64,000 nucleotides of DNA from Haliotis rubra (Eukaryota): positions 744,001-808,000 of the forward strand of contig NW_025767302.1 in the NCBI RefSeq assembly GCF_003918875.1. The letters run 5' to 3'. Shown here piece after piece: positions 37,868-50,815 of the stretch. A program made the translations under genes and the position numbers. Positions within the stretch are counted from its first letter, which is position 1; the number at the start of each line of letters is the position of its first letter. The notes below the pieces were generated by a model. It was not told where the DNA came from and did no database searches. It saw nothing but the letters and a program-made list of their open reading frames with translations.

Positions 37868-40800
37868 TCACAGGATTCGCTTATTGGGATCAGTGCTAAG
37901 CCAGACCTCATGATAGAAAAATCGGTTTAAGCCATTGTAGCGTTGTAGATAGTCGATGAAGTAGTAGCTGTTGAATTCAACGTTGGCGGATGAAGAAACG
38001 TTCAGGGCTATGTCGTAGGACGAGGCTGCGTTCGCGTCCATGTAGCCCCTGCAAATATAATTTATCAAGTGGAATGAATGAATGAATGAATGTGAACTAA
38101 CCAAAGAACGATTGAACGGCAAAACGCCGAAAGTACAATGAGATTTTGTGAAGTGGTATTAAGAGTGAAAATGGAAAAGTCTGTGCACATATATTAAGAA
38201 ATGATGCCGGGATGAATATAAATATACAGTAAGATGTATGCGAAACTGTCGATCTTTATATTTCCTTCTTAGAAAGTCACATTCACTATATTTAAAAGAA
38301 ATGTTGGAATCCCAGCTCGCCACGATAGCGTTGCCAGAATTTATCAGCAGCATCCCCGTGCTTGTGGTTTTCACCGAACTGGGCAAAGCCTATATAGTAT
38401 CTGAATCACTTCGGGCATTCCAGCCACATTTAGCTGACGTTCCGCGATGTAAACGGAATACTGTTCAAAGCGGTGTCAAATCCAACTCACTCACTCTTAT
38501 TGGAAGCCCATTTCTGGTGTTCCCCCGCTAGTATTAATATTACTGGAGTATTGCTAAAAACGGCCTAAAACCGTACTCGCTGACGCTTGCACTCTTATTG
38601 GACCTTTATTCTCCTAGAAGAATGCTGATGGTAGTTTGTAATTGACACAAAATGACTGTGGAAAACATATTGCACAGTGGACTCTCCGTTACATTTCAAG
38701 GGGCTCAAGGTTCGAGATACTTGTGAGGCCTTGTGAATTTGATTCAGATTTTCTAGCACTACTTTCTTCGTCATCAGGACGATGGTGCAGCCAAGTGGTT
38801 AAAGCGTTCGCTTGTCACGCCGAAGACCCGGGTTCGATTCCCCACATGGGTACAATGTGTGAAGCTCATTTCTGGTGTCCCCCCGCCGTGATATTGTTGG
38901 AATATTGCTAAAAGCGGCGTAAAACCACACTCATTCCCTCTTCGTCATGTAAGTAAGGCTTTAAGATGTGACTACATTTAGCTGTCGATGTTTCCCCTGA
39001 TCACTAACAGAAAATGTATCACCTAGACTGACAATGGGCATAGTCCTCCTGCACTACCTACTTGGCATAGACCGAGAATCCAGGTGAGTCCACGATGGTG
39101 ACATTAGGGTTGGTGGGTGTTGGTGGGTTCAGATGGTAGTCTGGGTGGAGGTACAGGTACACCGTCATGTTGTAGTCGTGGGCGAAGGTGGTGAATTCAC
39201 TGTAGATTCCCGCCGTCAGGGTCCGGTACTGATCCTTCATCGGCTGCATTCTCTTCTGCAGCTCCGTCATCAGCTGGTGGGGCTGCAGATGTTGCTGTTG
39301 CCGTCGCAGCTCCGTTAGTTGTTGTATTATGTCGTTCCGCTTCTGTTGCATTATGACGCCGACGGAGGACATCTGAGCCATCAATCCCTTGTAGACGGCA
39401 GCGTGGCCGACAGGGACGTCCACCTGGACTACCACCGGCACAGCGTACTGCAACGTTGTTTCTATAAATAGAAACAAAAACGGAGGCCGTTGTATGTGAA
39501 TCTTGGTATTAGACATTCCCTACAAACATACGGACCTTCCGTGGTGTAGTGGTTAGAGCGTCCGCCCGGAGAGCGGAAGGTCGCGGGTTCGATGCCCGAC
39601 CGCGTCATACCAAAAGACGTTAAAATATGGTACTTTTTGGTCCCTGCCTGGCGCTCGGCATTAATGGTTACAACAAGGACTGGTCGGCTCGGAGTCAGTA
39701 TAATGTGTCTGAGTAGGGTATTCATGCTTCACTGCGGCATGGTATCTCAGTGGGCTAGCACTATAAAACCAGCTTCAGTCTGGGCTAGTACAAGCAGCCG
39801 CACATACACATACACACGCATGCACGTCGTCATATGAGCGAAATATTCTCAAGCACGACGTAAAACCCATTTTCACCTCACCTCACCTCACCTCACCTAC
39901 ATACACACGTTTGGTATGTTCGATCAACATAACAACATTCGAAAGGTTTTATGGTGGACATGTGAAAGAAATTTCAAAATTCCCTTTTTTAGTTTATACG
40001 GTAAGTTCTCGATATTTGTCAAGTGAACAATTGACTACCCTTTGCATATGTTATGACGGGTGCCACCGGCGGGGCAGGATGTACTCTCTGTTTTGCGAAC
40101 ACCTAGAATCATCACAGTTTTCAGGATTCCTGAACACATCCTGATGATATAGTCGGGCTTGTACAATCGAAGTGGAAAGACCTTTAGCCCAAACAATAAC
40201 AAGATTGAAACAGTCAACTTACATGAGATCAGGTAGTTCCCGCCATGTGTGTGGCTAGATAAGAGCATGTCAAAATGTTCAAACAAAAGGCTGAACACAA
40301 CAGTCGAGACACTATTTAGGTAGACGACTTGTGAACTTGTTCTTGAAATCATGGATTCTGATTAGTTCTGCTAACATTACTTCGAAATATTTCTAAGCTG
40401 ACAGCCTTGCATATTTCACTTTTGAATAATTAGGGGAATATATGGTTCTAAAGGCGCGTCGGTGTTCAAAAGGGGCTTCTTTCAGATAAACACTTGAATT
40501 GCCTTTGCATGTGTTTGTGACGAGTGGTTCCGGTGGAGCAGAATATTCTTACCTTATCTCGAACACCTTGTATCATCCCTGTTTTATAACAATTCTTGCA
40601 ATTTTGAAGTGTAGGCCTATACTTTTTTGGGCAGGAAGTTTAGAATTCATTCATGGATATCTTTCCAGTACGTCAGAATGTCAAAACGCTTGTTTGAGGA
40701 AAGCCGATAAAAAGGTTGTTAATAAGGTGAGGTTTTAGTGTATGTTATCTTAAATTCTAAAAATGTTGCCAAAATATGTACCTTCAAACGATCCTTGTAA

Positions 40801-43800
40801 TGGTTAACAGTGGATTAAGAACATGTTATTACGACATTTAGTAAATTTGTGGGGGGTTGTAATTATTTCAAGTACTTTGGAAAAACTCATTTCCATTCGT
40901 TGTGAAATTGTTCCGGGATTCTGTATTATACATGTAACCTACAACTAGTCCATTGTTTCAAGATTCAGATCATCCTATTGTAAACATGAAGTAAGTATTT
41001 AAGTCAGTTTTGTTTTATTGTAATAATTTTAATATGAAATCCGTGCCTGTAGTTTGTTTCACATGATTATTTTATTAAAATCGGGAATATACTGCTTTTT
41101 TTGTGAAATGTGTATCAAAACACTTGTTTCCACTGAATAGTTTGAAACTGCAACTCCCCGCTGCGTCAGAATTTAACAAGCGTCCTCCTGTTCGTTAGTT
41201 TTGTTTCTACAGCTTTGAGTCTGGGTATGAAGTCAGCTGGCGCAAATCTATTCATATATTTAGCTTCCCTGTGAAAACCGACAAGCTCCATTGGGCGAAA
41301 AAGGCAAAATGGCTGTGAAAGTTATATAAATCGATCACTGCAAATCACTGACACCAGGTGTTCATTAACCAATATCATGTCAAAATCAGAATCGTCCTTT
41401 GCCGTACTGTATAGTTGGTTGGTTGGTTGTTTAAAGCCGCACTCAGCAATATTCCAGCTATATGGCGGCGGTGTATAAATAATCGAGTATCGACCACACA
41501 ATCCAGTGATGAACATCAAGAGCATCGATCTACGCAGATGAGATGAGATGACATGTGTCAACCAAATCGGCGAGCCTGACCACCCGATCCCGTAAGTCGC
41601 CTCTTACAACAAGCATGGGTTACTGAAGATCAATATTCTAACCCGGATCCTCACGGGTTGTCTTACTGTATAGTGTTGAGGATGTATATACAGTGGCCAC
41701 CGGTCGTGTCTCAATCTTTGTGCTACTCACTCAGGGAATTCTCGCTGACAATGTAGTCGATCAGCTCTTGGGATTCGATACGTCGTACATCGTATTTTCT
41801 TCTGGGTGTTTTCAGCCACTTTCCAGCTGGGTATTCTCTCCTTTCGTATTGCTGAACAGAAAAGACAAGTAGAGATATCTTTCTTTGACAAATACCATGC
41901 CAGACTTATGAATCGAGAAGGGTGATTTCTATTTTCTATGAACAATGTTTTTAATGTAATAATGTCTAGTCAGATCATAAGATATGTTATTTGCTCATCA
42001 GAGAGACAAGACCGAAACTTTTAATAACTGCATTTTCAGTTATGTTACGGTGCGAGGTCTGTTGCCACTCCAACTCTGTCTACATTCGAATTAAAGGCCC
42101 ATTCACGACATGGTAGGGACACGATGATTTAACTAATTGTTAAAGTCTATCGCATTTGTAATTCAAAGATATACTAATTTTACGGTCAATGGTAAAAAGG
42201 CATCAAATTATTGCACTTCCCTCTGTTATGGCTAACGGTAAAAAGGCATCAAATTATTGCTCTTTCTTCTGGCACGGTAATGGTAAATATCTTCAAATTG
42301 TTGTTCTTTCTCCTGATACGGTCAATGGTAAAAAGGCATCAAATTATTGTTCTTTCTTCTGTTGCGGTTAATGGTAAAAAGATGATCAAATCATTGCTCT
42401 TCCCTCTGTTACGGCTAATGGTAAACAGGCATAAAATTATTGCTCTTCCCTCTGTTACAGTTAATGGTAAAAAGGCATAAAATTATTGCTCTTTGTCCTG
42501 TTACGGTTAATGGTAAAAAGGCATCAAATCATTGTTCTTTGTTCTGTTACGGTTAATGGTAAAAGGCATCAAATTATTGCTCTTTGTCCTGATACGGTTA
42601 ATGGTAAAAAGGCATCAAATTATTGCTCTTTGTCCTGATACGGTTAATGGTAAAAAGGCATCAAATTATTGCTCTTTGTCCTGATACGGTTAATGGTAAA
42701 AAGGCATCAAATTATTGCTCTTTGTCCTGATACGGTTAATGGTAAAAGGCATCAAATTATTGCTCTTTGTCCTGATACGGTTAATGGTAAAAGGCATCAA
42801 ATTATTGCTCTTTGTCCTGATACGGTTAATGGTAAAAGGCATCAAATTATTGCTCTTTGTCCTGATACGGTTAATGGTAAAAGGCATCAAATTATTGCTC
42901 TTTGTCTTGATACGGTTAATGGTAAAAGGCATCAAATTATTGCTCTTTGTCCTGATACGGTTAATGGTAAAAGGCATCAAATTATTGCTCTTTGTCCTGA
43001 TACGGTTAATGGTAAAAGGCATCAAATTATTGCTCTTCCCTCTGTTACGGTTAATGGTAAAAGGCATCAAATCATTGTTTTTGTTCTGTTACGGTTAATG
43101 GTAAAGAGGCATCAAATTATTGCTCTTTGTCCTGATACGGTTAATGGTAAAAGGCATCAAATTATTGCTCTTCCCTCTGTTACGGTTAATGGTAAAAGGC
43201 ATCAAATTATTGCTCTTCCCTCTGTTACGGTTAATGGTAAAAGGCATCAAATCATTGTTTTTGTTCTGTTACGGTTAATGGTTAAAAGGCATCAAATTAT
43301 TGCTCTTTGTCCTGATACAGTTAATGGTAAAGAGCATCAAATCATTGTTCTTTGTTCTGCTATGGTTAATGGTAAAAGGCATCAAATTATTGCTCTTTGT
43401 CCTGATACGGTTAATGGTAAAGAGGCATCAAATTATTGCTCTTTGTCCTGATACGGTTAATGGTAAAAGGGCATCAAATTATTGCTCTTCCCTCTGTTAC
43501 GGTTAATGGTAAAAAGGCATCAAATCATTGTTTTTTTGTTCTGTTACGGTTAATGGTAAAGAGGCATCAAATTATTGCTCTTTGTCCTGATACGGTTAAT
43601 GGTAAAAGGCATCAAATTATTGCTCTTTGTCCTGATACGGTTAATGGTAAAAGGCATCAAATTATTGCTCTTCCCTCTGTTACAGTTAATGGTAAAAAGG
43701 CATCAAATTATTGCTCTTTGTCCTGTTACGGTTAATGGTAAAAAGGCATCAAATTATTGCTCTTTGTCCTGATACGGTTAATGGTAAAAGGCATCAAATT

Positions 43801-46637
43801 ATTGCTCTTTGTCCTGATACGGTTAATGGTAAAAGGCATCAAATTATTGCTCTTTGTCCTGATACGGTTAATGGTAAAAGGGCATCAAATTATTGTTTTT
43901 GTTCTGTTACGGTTAATGGTAAAAAGGCATCAAATTATTGCTCTTTGTCCTGATACGGTTAATGGTAAAAAGGCATCAAATTATTGCTCTTTGTCCTGAT
44001 ACGGTTAATGGTAAAAAGGCATCAAATTATTGCTCTTTGTCCTGATACGGTTAATGGTAAAAAGGCATCAAATTATTGCTCTTTGTCCTGATACGGTTAA
44101 TGGTAAAAGGCATCAAATTATTGCTCTTTGTCCTGATACGGTTAATGGTAAAAAGGCATCAAATCATTGTTTTTGTTCTGATACGGTTAATGGTAAAGAG
44201 GCATCAAATTATTGCTCTTTGTCCTGATACGGTTAATGGTAAAAGGCATCAAATTATTGCTCTTTGTCCTGATACGGTTAATGGTAAAAAGGCATCAAAT
44301 TATTGCTCTTCCCTCTGTTACGGTTAATGGTAAAAGGCATCAAATTATTGCTCTTTGTCCTGATACGGTTAATGGTAAAAAGCATCAAATCATTGTTCTT
44401 TGTCCTGATACGGTTAATGGTAAAAAGCATCAAATCATTGTTCTTTGTCCTGATACGGTTAATGGTAAAAAGCATCAAATCATTGTTCTTTGTTCTGTTA
44501 CGGTTAATGGTAAAAAGCATCAAATCATTGTTCTTTGTCCTGTTACGGTTAATGGTAAAAAGCATCAAATTATTGCTCTTCCCTCTGTTACAGTTAATGG
44601 TAAAAAGGCATCAAATTATTGCTCTTTGTCCTGATACGGTTAATGGTAAAAAGGCATCAAATTATTGCTCTTTGTCCTGATACGGTTAATGGTAAAAAGG
44701 CATCAAATTATTGCTCTTTGTCCTGATACGGTTAATGGTAAAAAGCATCAAATCATTGTTCTTTGTTCTGTTACGGTTAATGGTAAAAAGGCATCAAATT
44801 ATTGCTCTTTGTCCTGATACGGTTAATGGTAAAAGGCATCAAATTATTGCTCTTCCCTCTGTTACGGTTAATGGTAAAAGGCATCAAATTATTGCTCTTT
44901 GTCCTGATACGGTTAATGGTAAAAGGCATCAAATTATTGCTCTTTGTCCTGATACGGTTAATGGTAAAAGCATCAAATCATTCTTCTTTTCCTGATACGG
45001 TTAATGGTAAAAGGCATCAAATTATTGCTCTTTGTCCTGATACGGTTAATGGTAAAGAGGCATCAAATTATTGCTCTTTGTCCTGATACGGTTAATGGTA
45101 AAGGGCATCAAATTATTGCTCTTCCCTCTGTTATGGTTAATGGTAAAAAAGGCATCAAATCATTGTTTTTGTTCTGTTACGGTTAATGGTAAAGAGGCAT
45201 CAAATTATTGCTCTTTGTCCTGATACGGTTAATGGTAAAGAGGCATCAAATTATTGCTCTTTGTCCTGATACGGTTAATGGTAAAAGGCATCAAATTATT
45301 GCTCTTCCCTCTGTTACGGTTAATGGTAAAAGGCATCAAATCATTGTTTTTGTTCTGTTACGGTTAATGGTAAAGAGGCATCAAATTATTGCTCTTTGTC
45401 CTGATACGGTTAATGGTAAAAAAGGCATCAAATTATTGCTCTTTGTCCTGATACGGTTAATGGTAAAAGGCATCAAATTATTGCTCTTCCCTCTGTTACG
45501 GTTAATGGTAAAAGGCATCAAATTATTGCTCTTTGTCCTGATACGGTTAATGGTAAAAGGCATCAAATTATTGCTCTTTGTCCTGATACGGTTAATGGTA
45601 AAAGGCATCAAATGATTGCTCTTTGTCCTGATACGGTTAATGGTAAAAAGGCATCAAATTATTGCTCTTTGTCCTGATACGGTTAATGGTAAAAAGGCAT
45701 CAAATTATTGCTCTTTGTCCTGATACGGTTAATGGTAAAAAGGCATCAAATTATTGCTCTTTGTCCTGATACGGTTAATGGTAAAAAGGCATCAAATTAT
45801 TGCTCTTTTGTCCTGATACGGTTAATGGTAAAAGGGCATCAAATTATTGCTCTTCCCTCTGTTACGGTTAATGGTAAAAAGGCATCAAATCATTGTTTTT
45901 TTGTTCTGTTACGGTTAATGGTAAAGAGGCATCAAATTATTGCTCTTTGTCCTGATACGGTTAATGGTAAAGAGGCATCAAATTATTGCTCTTTGTCCTG
46001 ATACGGTTAATGGTAAAAGGCATCAAATTATTGCTCTTCCCTCTGTTACGGTTAATGGTAAAAAGGCATCAAATCATTGTTTTTTTGTTCTGTTACGGTT
46101 AATGGTAAAGAGGCATCAAATTATTGCTCTTTGTCCTGATACGGTTAATGGTAAAAAGGCATCAAATTATTGCTCTTTTCCCTCTGTTACGGTTAATGGT
46201 AAAAAGGCATCAAATTATTGCTCTTTGTTCTGTTACGGTTAATGGTAAAAGGCATCAAATCATTGTTTTTTTGTTCTGATACGGTTAATGGTAAAAACAA
46301 TGTTCAAATTATTGTTCTTTGTTCTGATAATGATTCGGAAGAAATAATTACAGCATTAAACATAGCGGGAAAAGCGTGGGGTCGCCAGTATTACCTCATT
46401 GAAGGAGCTAGAGGTGATGGTATACATTGGGCATACGTTGGGGTAACAGGCCGGGGGGTAAGGGTATTCCAGCACGGGAGAACTTCCGGTGGAATCCACG
46501 GCGCCAATCTGATCGTTTCTTGACGTCCCCGAACCTCTGTTTGAAGCACCATCCTGAGCAAATCTTGGTGCGGACAGTACACGACTGTCGCACACCGCAA
46601 TCGCAGCAACGACGAACACGGTGATCACTACCTTCAT
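37868..46637 (-). CDS. Secreted SOUL/heme-binding protein (HEBP2-like) family member, 4 coding exons, 314 aa
   Basis: Exons 46637-46395, 41851-41731, 39461-39062, 38048-37868; phases 0,1,2 consistent; 945 nt. Signal-peptide-like MKVVITVFVVAAIAVC. SOUL-like motifs P.C....CPMY, YERREYPAGKW, L.DYI..EN, AVPV, MTVYLYL.P....NPPTPTNPNVTI...P...VY, YY......NR...EVWL. Confidence 0.82.
38776..38938 (+). mobile_element. tRNA-derived SINE, family A
   Basis: Family A sequence; TSD TCTTCGTCAT. Confidence 0.88.
39533..39896 (+). mobile_element. tRNA-derived SINE, family C
   Basis: Near-identical to 1564-1920; (CCTCA)n tail; degenerate TSD CCTACA.ACA.ACG. Confidence 0.9.
41416..41660 (-). mobile_element. 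SINE-like element, family B, full length
   Basis: TSD TACTGTATAGT; head ACCCGTGAGGATCCGGGTTAGAATATTGATCTTCAGTAACCC. Confidence 0.9.
42180..46330. repeat. 45/46-bp minisatellite (~90 copies; GGTTAATGGTAAAAGGCATCAAATTATTGCTCTTTGTCCTGATAC) in an intron of the SOUL gene
   Basis: Direct tandem repeat; source of the many spurious ORFs in the track. Confidence 0.96.
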
Positions 46638-48475
46638 ATTAAGTGAATTATCTGGAAATTAATACAACCGTAGGTGTACATGATATTATGTAGCTGTTCA
46701 GTGCTCTTCAATATAAATTTACAAAAGTTGGAAGTAAGTTTTTAAATAATTAAAGATATGGTGATGTAACCGCCTCCAGTATTTCTTAAGATATATTTAA
46801 CACGAAGGAAGATAATTATAACGAAATTGATCTTAAAACGTATCACTATTACGTAAATGTTCAAAATATGTTCTTCGATGTAGGTAAAGGCAGTTAGGAC
46901 TATAGAGGCATGCGATCTTAGATGAAATGAAGGACAATTAAATATAATCGACGCCTGGATGCCTGTCATCACATTACAACGGAGTCTGTCATGGACAAAA
47001 TTGTTAGATCTTACGCAACCAATATAGATGATGTATAGTAATACAATCAAATACAATGAATAATAATAATATAGATCATTTGTAATGCGCTTGACTCCAC
47101 ATCACTTGGCCATGCTCTAAGCGCAAACACAAGACAGACAGTAGCGAAGAAACAGAAATGTCTTTACACGTGTATCTGCAATGTCTACCAAATAAACCGC
47201 CATGAAAAAAGAAGCATACACTAGAATACTTGATTTGATCCTTAACATGATAGACTTTATGACGTTACTAGGTAAAACAGTTGCTGAAACACTGAAAAGT
47301 TAAGGTCCCAAACACTACTATGATACCCAAATCAAATGCATCACCGTTGAATAGACAGTTCTTGTATCTTTATATTTCCCCACCATCATACACAAATCTA
47401 TGTTGTTTCGCCTGGCAGTTTACTTCTGATTCTGTTCGTAACAGAGCTCACGACAGCCACATTTCGTAATTTCCGTACAAGGTGTAATGGATAAATAATA
47501 TAAACATATCTTACATGGACCAGCCAGATATCACTTGGTGTTGGAGATACAGTGGTGCCTGCCCACTTCTCCAGAATTCTTGAAGGCTTTTTCGGAACGT
47601 AGGTTTTTGCCCTTCACCAACAGTGGCTTGCAGGAGAGAGTGATCTGACGCTCTGAGAACAAAAGACGTCACCTCACGTCACGTGCCCGTAAATAACCTC
47701 TGGGCTATATGAGTGACGAAGACAGAGTGACAGGGGTTTTGTAAAGTAAGCCTTGTATGTTTTCCATACATCGTTTATAAATCTACACCTTATGACCTAC
47801 ACACATGACATGAAACATTATGGGAAAACATGAATTATCCATGACCTAAAAATACCCTTGTAATAACAGATTACATGTAAGAACGCTGGGATACTGGATA
47901 GATGCTAGAACGGACACACAAAGTGGTATTTTTGTCTTACTATTTGTATATTTGCTCAGTGGATACTCTCAGACACTCAGATAAGACTTTCTTGTATTAT
48001 GAACAAAAGCCTAAATTAAACCTACAGATATGGTTGACGTATGAACTGTTTGACTGACATGTTAGAAGTTGGAAAGAAACAGCTGAGTTAACTTTTATTA
48101 ATGGCAACTTCTTTATTCTATTATGATACGACGTTTCATATAAGGACCTATATATTTACTGGTTGACTTATGGATTCTAAGCGTGTGTATTCTTTACATG
48201 TGCCGTTTCGCTACACGCGTTAGTACCTTCATGAAGCAAGTTTTACATGCTCTGTAACTTCACATTCGAAAAATAAAGTTATACAAACAATGACATCCGA
48301 AAGTCATTTACGTCTTCGCAGATTCTTCAGCTACAAAATATCCGAGATCCTACTCTATCTCAGTCATTCATCTCCATTATAACCTCCTGAGACGTCATCT
48401 AGCGTTTTGTGGGTTTTCTGGTGTTATCTTGATTGTCGGGTCAGAGGGTTGAATGACGGCAGAGGGTTGTAGCCA

Positions 48476-48672
48476 TAGGCGGATCCAGAGGGGGGTTAGC
48501 AGGGGTTGTTGTTTTTTGGCAGGGGTGCGCACCCCCACCCCCCCCTTTTGTGCTGAAAGTTTGTTAAATGACCATTGAAACGGGTGAAAATGAAGTGTGC
48601 ACCCCTCCTTTTCTCAATAGTGTGCACCCCCCCCACACACACACCTTTCTCAAAAAGCTGTATCCACCCCTG
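48476..48672. mobile_element. MITE-like element (GGCGGATCCAG terminus)
   Basis: GGCGGATCCAGAGGGGGG ... CTGTATCCACCCCTG; same family as 17882-18053. Confidence 0.55.
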
Positions 48673-49814
48673 GTTGAAACCACCTTTTACAATCTGTACC
48701 TCTGTTGTTTAACCTTATTTTTACCCTCTTGCACGTCTTAATAAAGATCCACTTCCAACAGAATAACCTGTCATACCTGACTTAACATTTTTTATCGCTC
48801 CCGATGATTGGATTCGAACCGTTCTACCTCATGGAATTCAGATGTTGACTTCAAGCTCGCTACTGTTTGCCATTGAGGTTTGACATTAAGACAGAAAATA
48901 TCAAATAATGTTTTGAAACAAATGTAATCATATGTGGAATATGTGAAAATTATACGGTATTTTCTCAACCATTGGTCGTTGCCTTATTTCACAAATGGAT
49001 ACAGGTTGCCAATTGCTTACGACCCTCAAAGTGACTTATCGTGATCTGATCGAATCATTATATACCCCGGTCTTTCAGCAGATAGAGCGGTACACGCCAT
49101 TTTTGTTTTTTCTTGCACCTGATGCTACTACGTGGCAAAGCAAAGATACTGTCCCAAGTGGCATTAAACAAGACTGATGAAGATGATGGAGGTTTAACGA
49201 GCGCTTCTGGAGTAACCGATTTCGCACTTACCTTTCTCTAACAATATATCCAGATGACATGTAGACTATTACAATGTTTCGGTTGCCTCTCGATATACAT
49301 GTACATAGACACTTCTGTCTAAATACATGTACATAGACACTTCTGTCTACCGTATGAACAAAACATTGCTACGCAACTCGCATGTGACAGTATTTACACG
49401 TTTTCCGTTTTCATTTTACCTGAAGCTGGAGACATGAAATTGTTGCTTGGCTCTATCCATATTAGTCAGTTTGACGTCCCTGAAACACACCATTAAACCT
49501 GAGATATAAAGGACAGTTAGACATCCTTGAACCCAATCCTTGAAAGTCTGTGGTACACATACCATTGGCGGATCCAGAAGGGGGGTTCAGGGGATTCGAC
49601 CCCCCCTCCCTTATTGAAATTGCAAATAATGCAATGATGCAATAGAAAGGTGAAACATATGTACACACGATTTACAAAATGAAATGAACTGGTATTGAGC
49701 AATAATAGACTTACAAATCATCAAAAACATGTACCCCGTGAAACAGTCGTGCAAAATGTGCTGCATTGATGGAGCAAAATGTTATCATTGAGGTTCAAGT
49801 CAGTTTTGGACAGT

Positions 49815-50110
49815 GAAGCAGTGTTCAGTAACGCGTATGACCACCATGAGCACTGAATGTTCTCTCTGTAACGCCTGCTCAAGGTCATCTAGAGCCTAGG
49901 GGTGAACATGGAGACCGTAAACACGACTTCCAATAATGTCGCAAGCATGTTCAATGGGGATTAACATCAAGTGACCTTGCAGGTCAGTCCATATGCGTGA
50001 TGTTGTTGATCTAAACAACATCGTTAACACCTCTCTCTCGGGCATTATCATCCATGGACGGGCATTATCATAGATACACATGAAGTCAGAGGAATGATTA
50101 CAGGTAGGTT
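49815..50110 (-). mobile_element. Tc1 transposase 3' remnant
   Basis: Reverse strand DNARP, LIPIEHA.D, GGHTRY*. Confidence 0.65.
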
Positions 50111-50423
50111 TACGCCGATCAGGATGCATGTGTGAAGAGCGGAGCACATTCATGCCACACATTTTGCTTGTTGTTTCTGAGTGTGGTTGTGTTCGGGGGA
50201 TGTTATCAATGTTATCAGATAAATCAACCTGACAGTCACTAAAGGTTATGTATTCATTGAATATTTACCTTTCAGTAACATGTCGGCAAACATCGCTATC
50301 GAGATTGATAAAGATATTACACTGAAAATACGGGTTGCTTATTTTTTTGTGAGGAATATATATTATTACCGACAGTTTGACTTCTCTGCAACCACACCTT
50401 TGACCTCGAGATACATTGCGGAT

Positions 50424-50815
50424 AGTTAGACATCCTTGAACCCAATCCTTGAAAGTCTGGGACATAACTGACAGTGTTACATCCCAAACCCCCTCATTGA
50501 CAGTGTGGTAGTTTGACGTAGTTTGACGTCAGTGTTACATGAACCATTGACAATCGTCTTGAAAGTCTGGGACATAACCGACAGTGTTACATCCCAAACC
50601 CCCTCATTGACAGTGTGGTAGTTTGACGTCATTGAACCCAATCCTTGAAAGTCTGGGACATAACCGACAGTGTTACATCCCTAACCCCCTCCTTGACAGT
50701 GTGGTAGTTTGACGTCAATGAACCCAATCCTGGAAAGTCTGGGACATAACCGACAGTGTTACATCCCTAACCCCCTCCTTTACAGTGTGGTAGTTTGACG
50801 TCATTGAACCCCAGT
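50424..50815. repeat. ~86-bp tandem repeat, 4 copies
   Basis: AATCCTTGAAAGTCTGGGACATAACCGACAGTGTTACATCCC..GTGGTAGTTTGACGTC; start also seen at ~49515-49550. Confidence 0.85.

Noticed and set aside
42189-46242. Numerous repetitive ORFs (RHQIIALCPDTVNGK etc.)
   Set aside because: Translation artefacts of a 45/46-bp minisatellite with frequent 1-bp indels, inside an intron of the SOUL gene.
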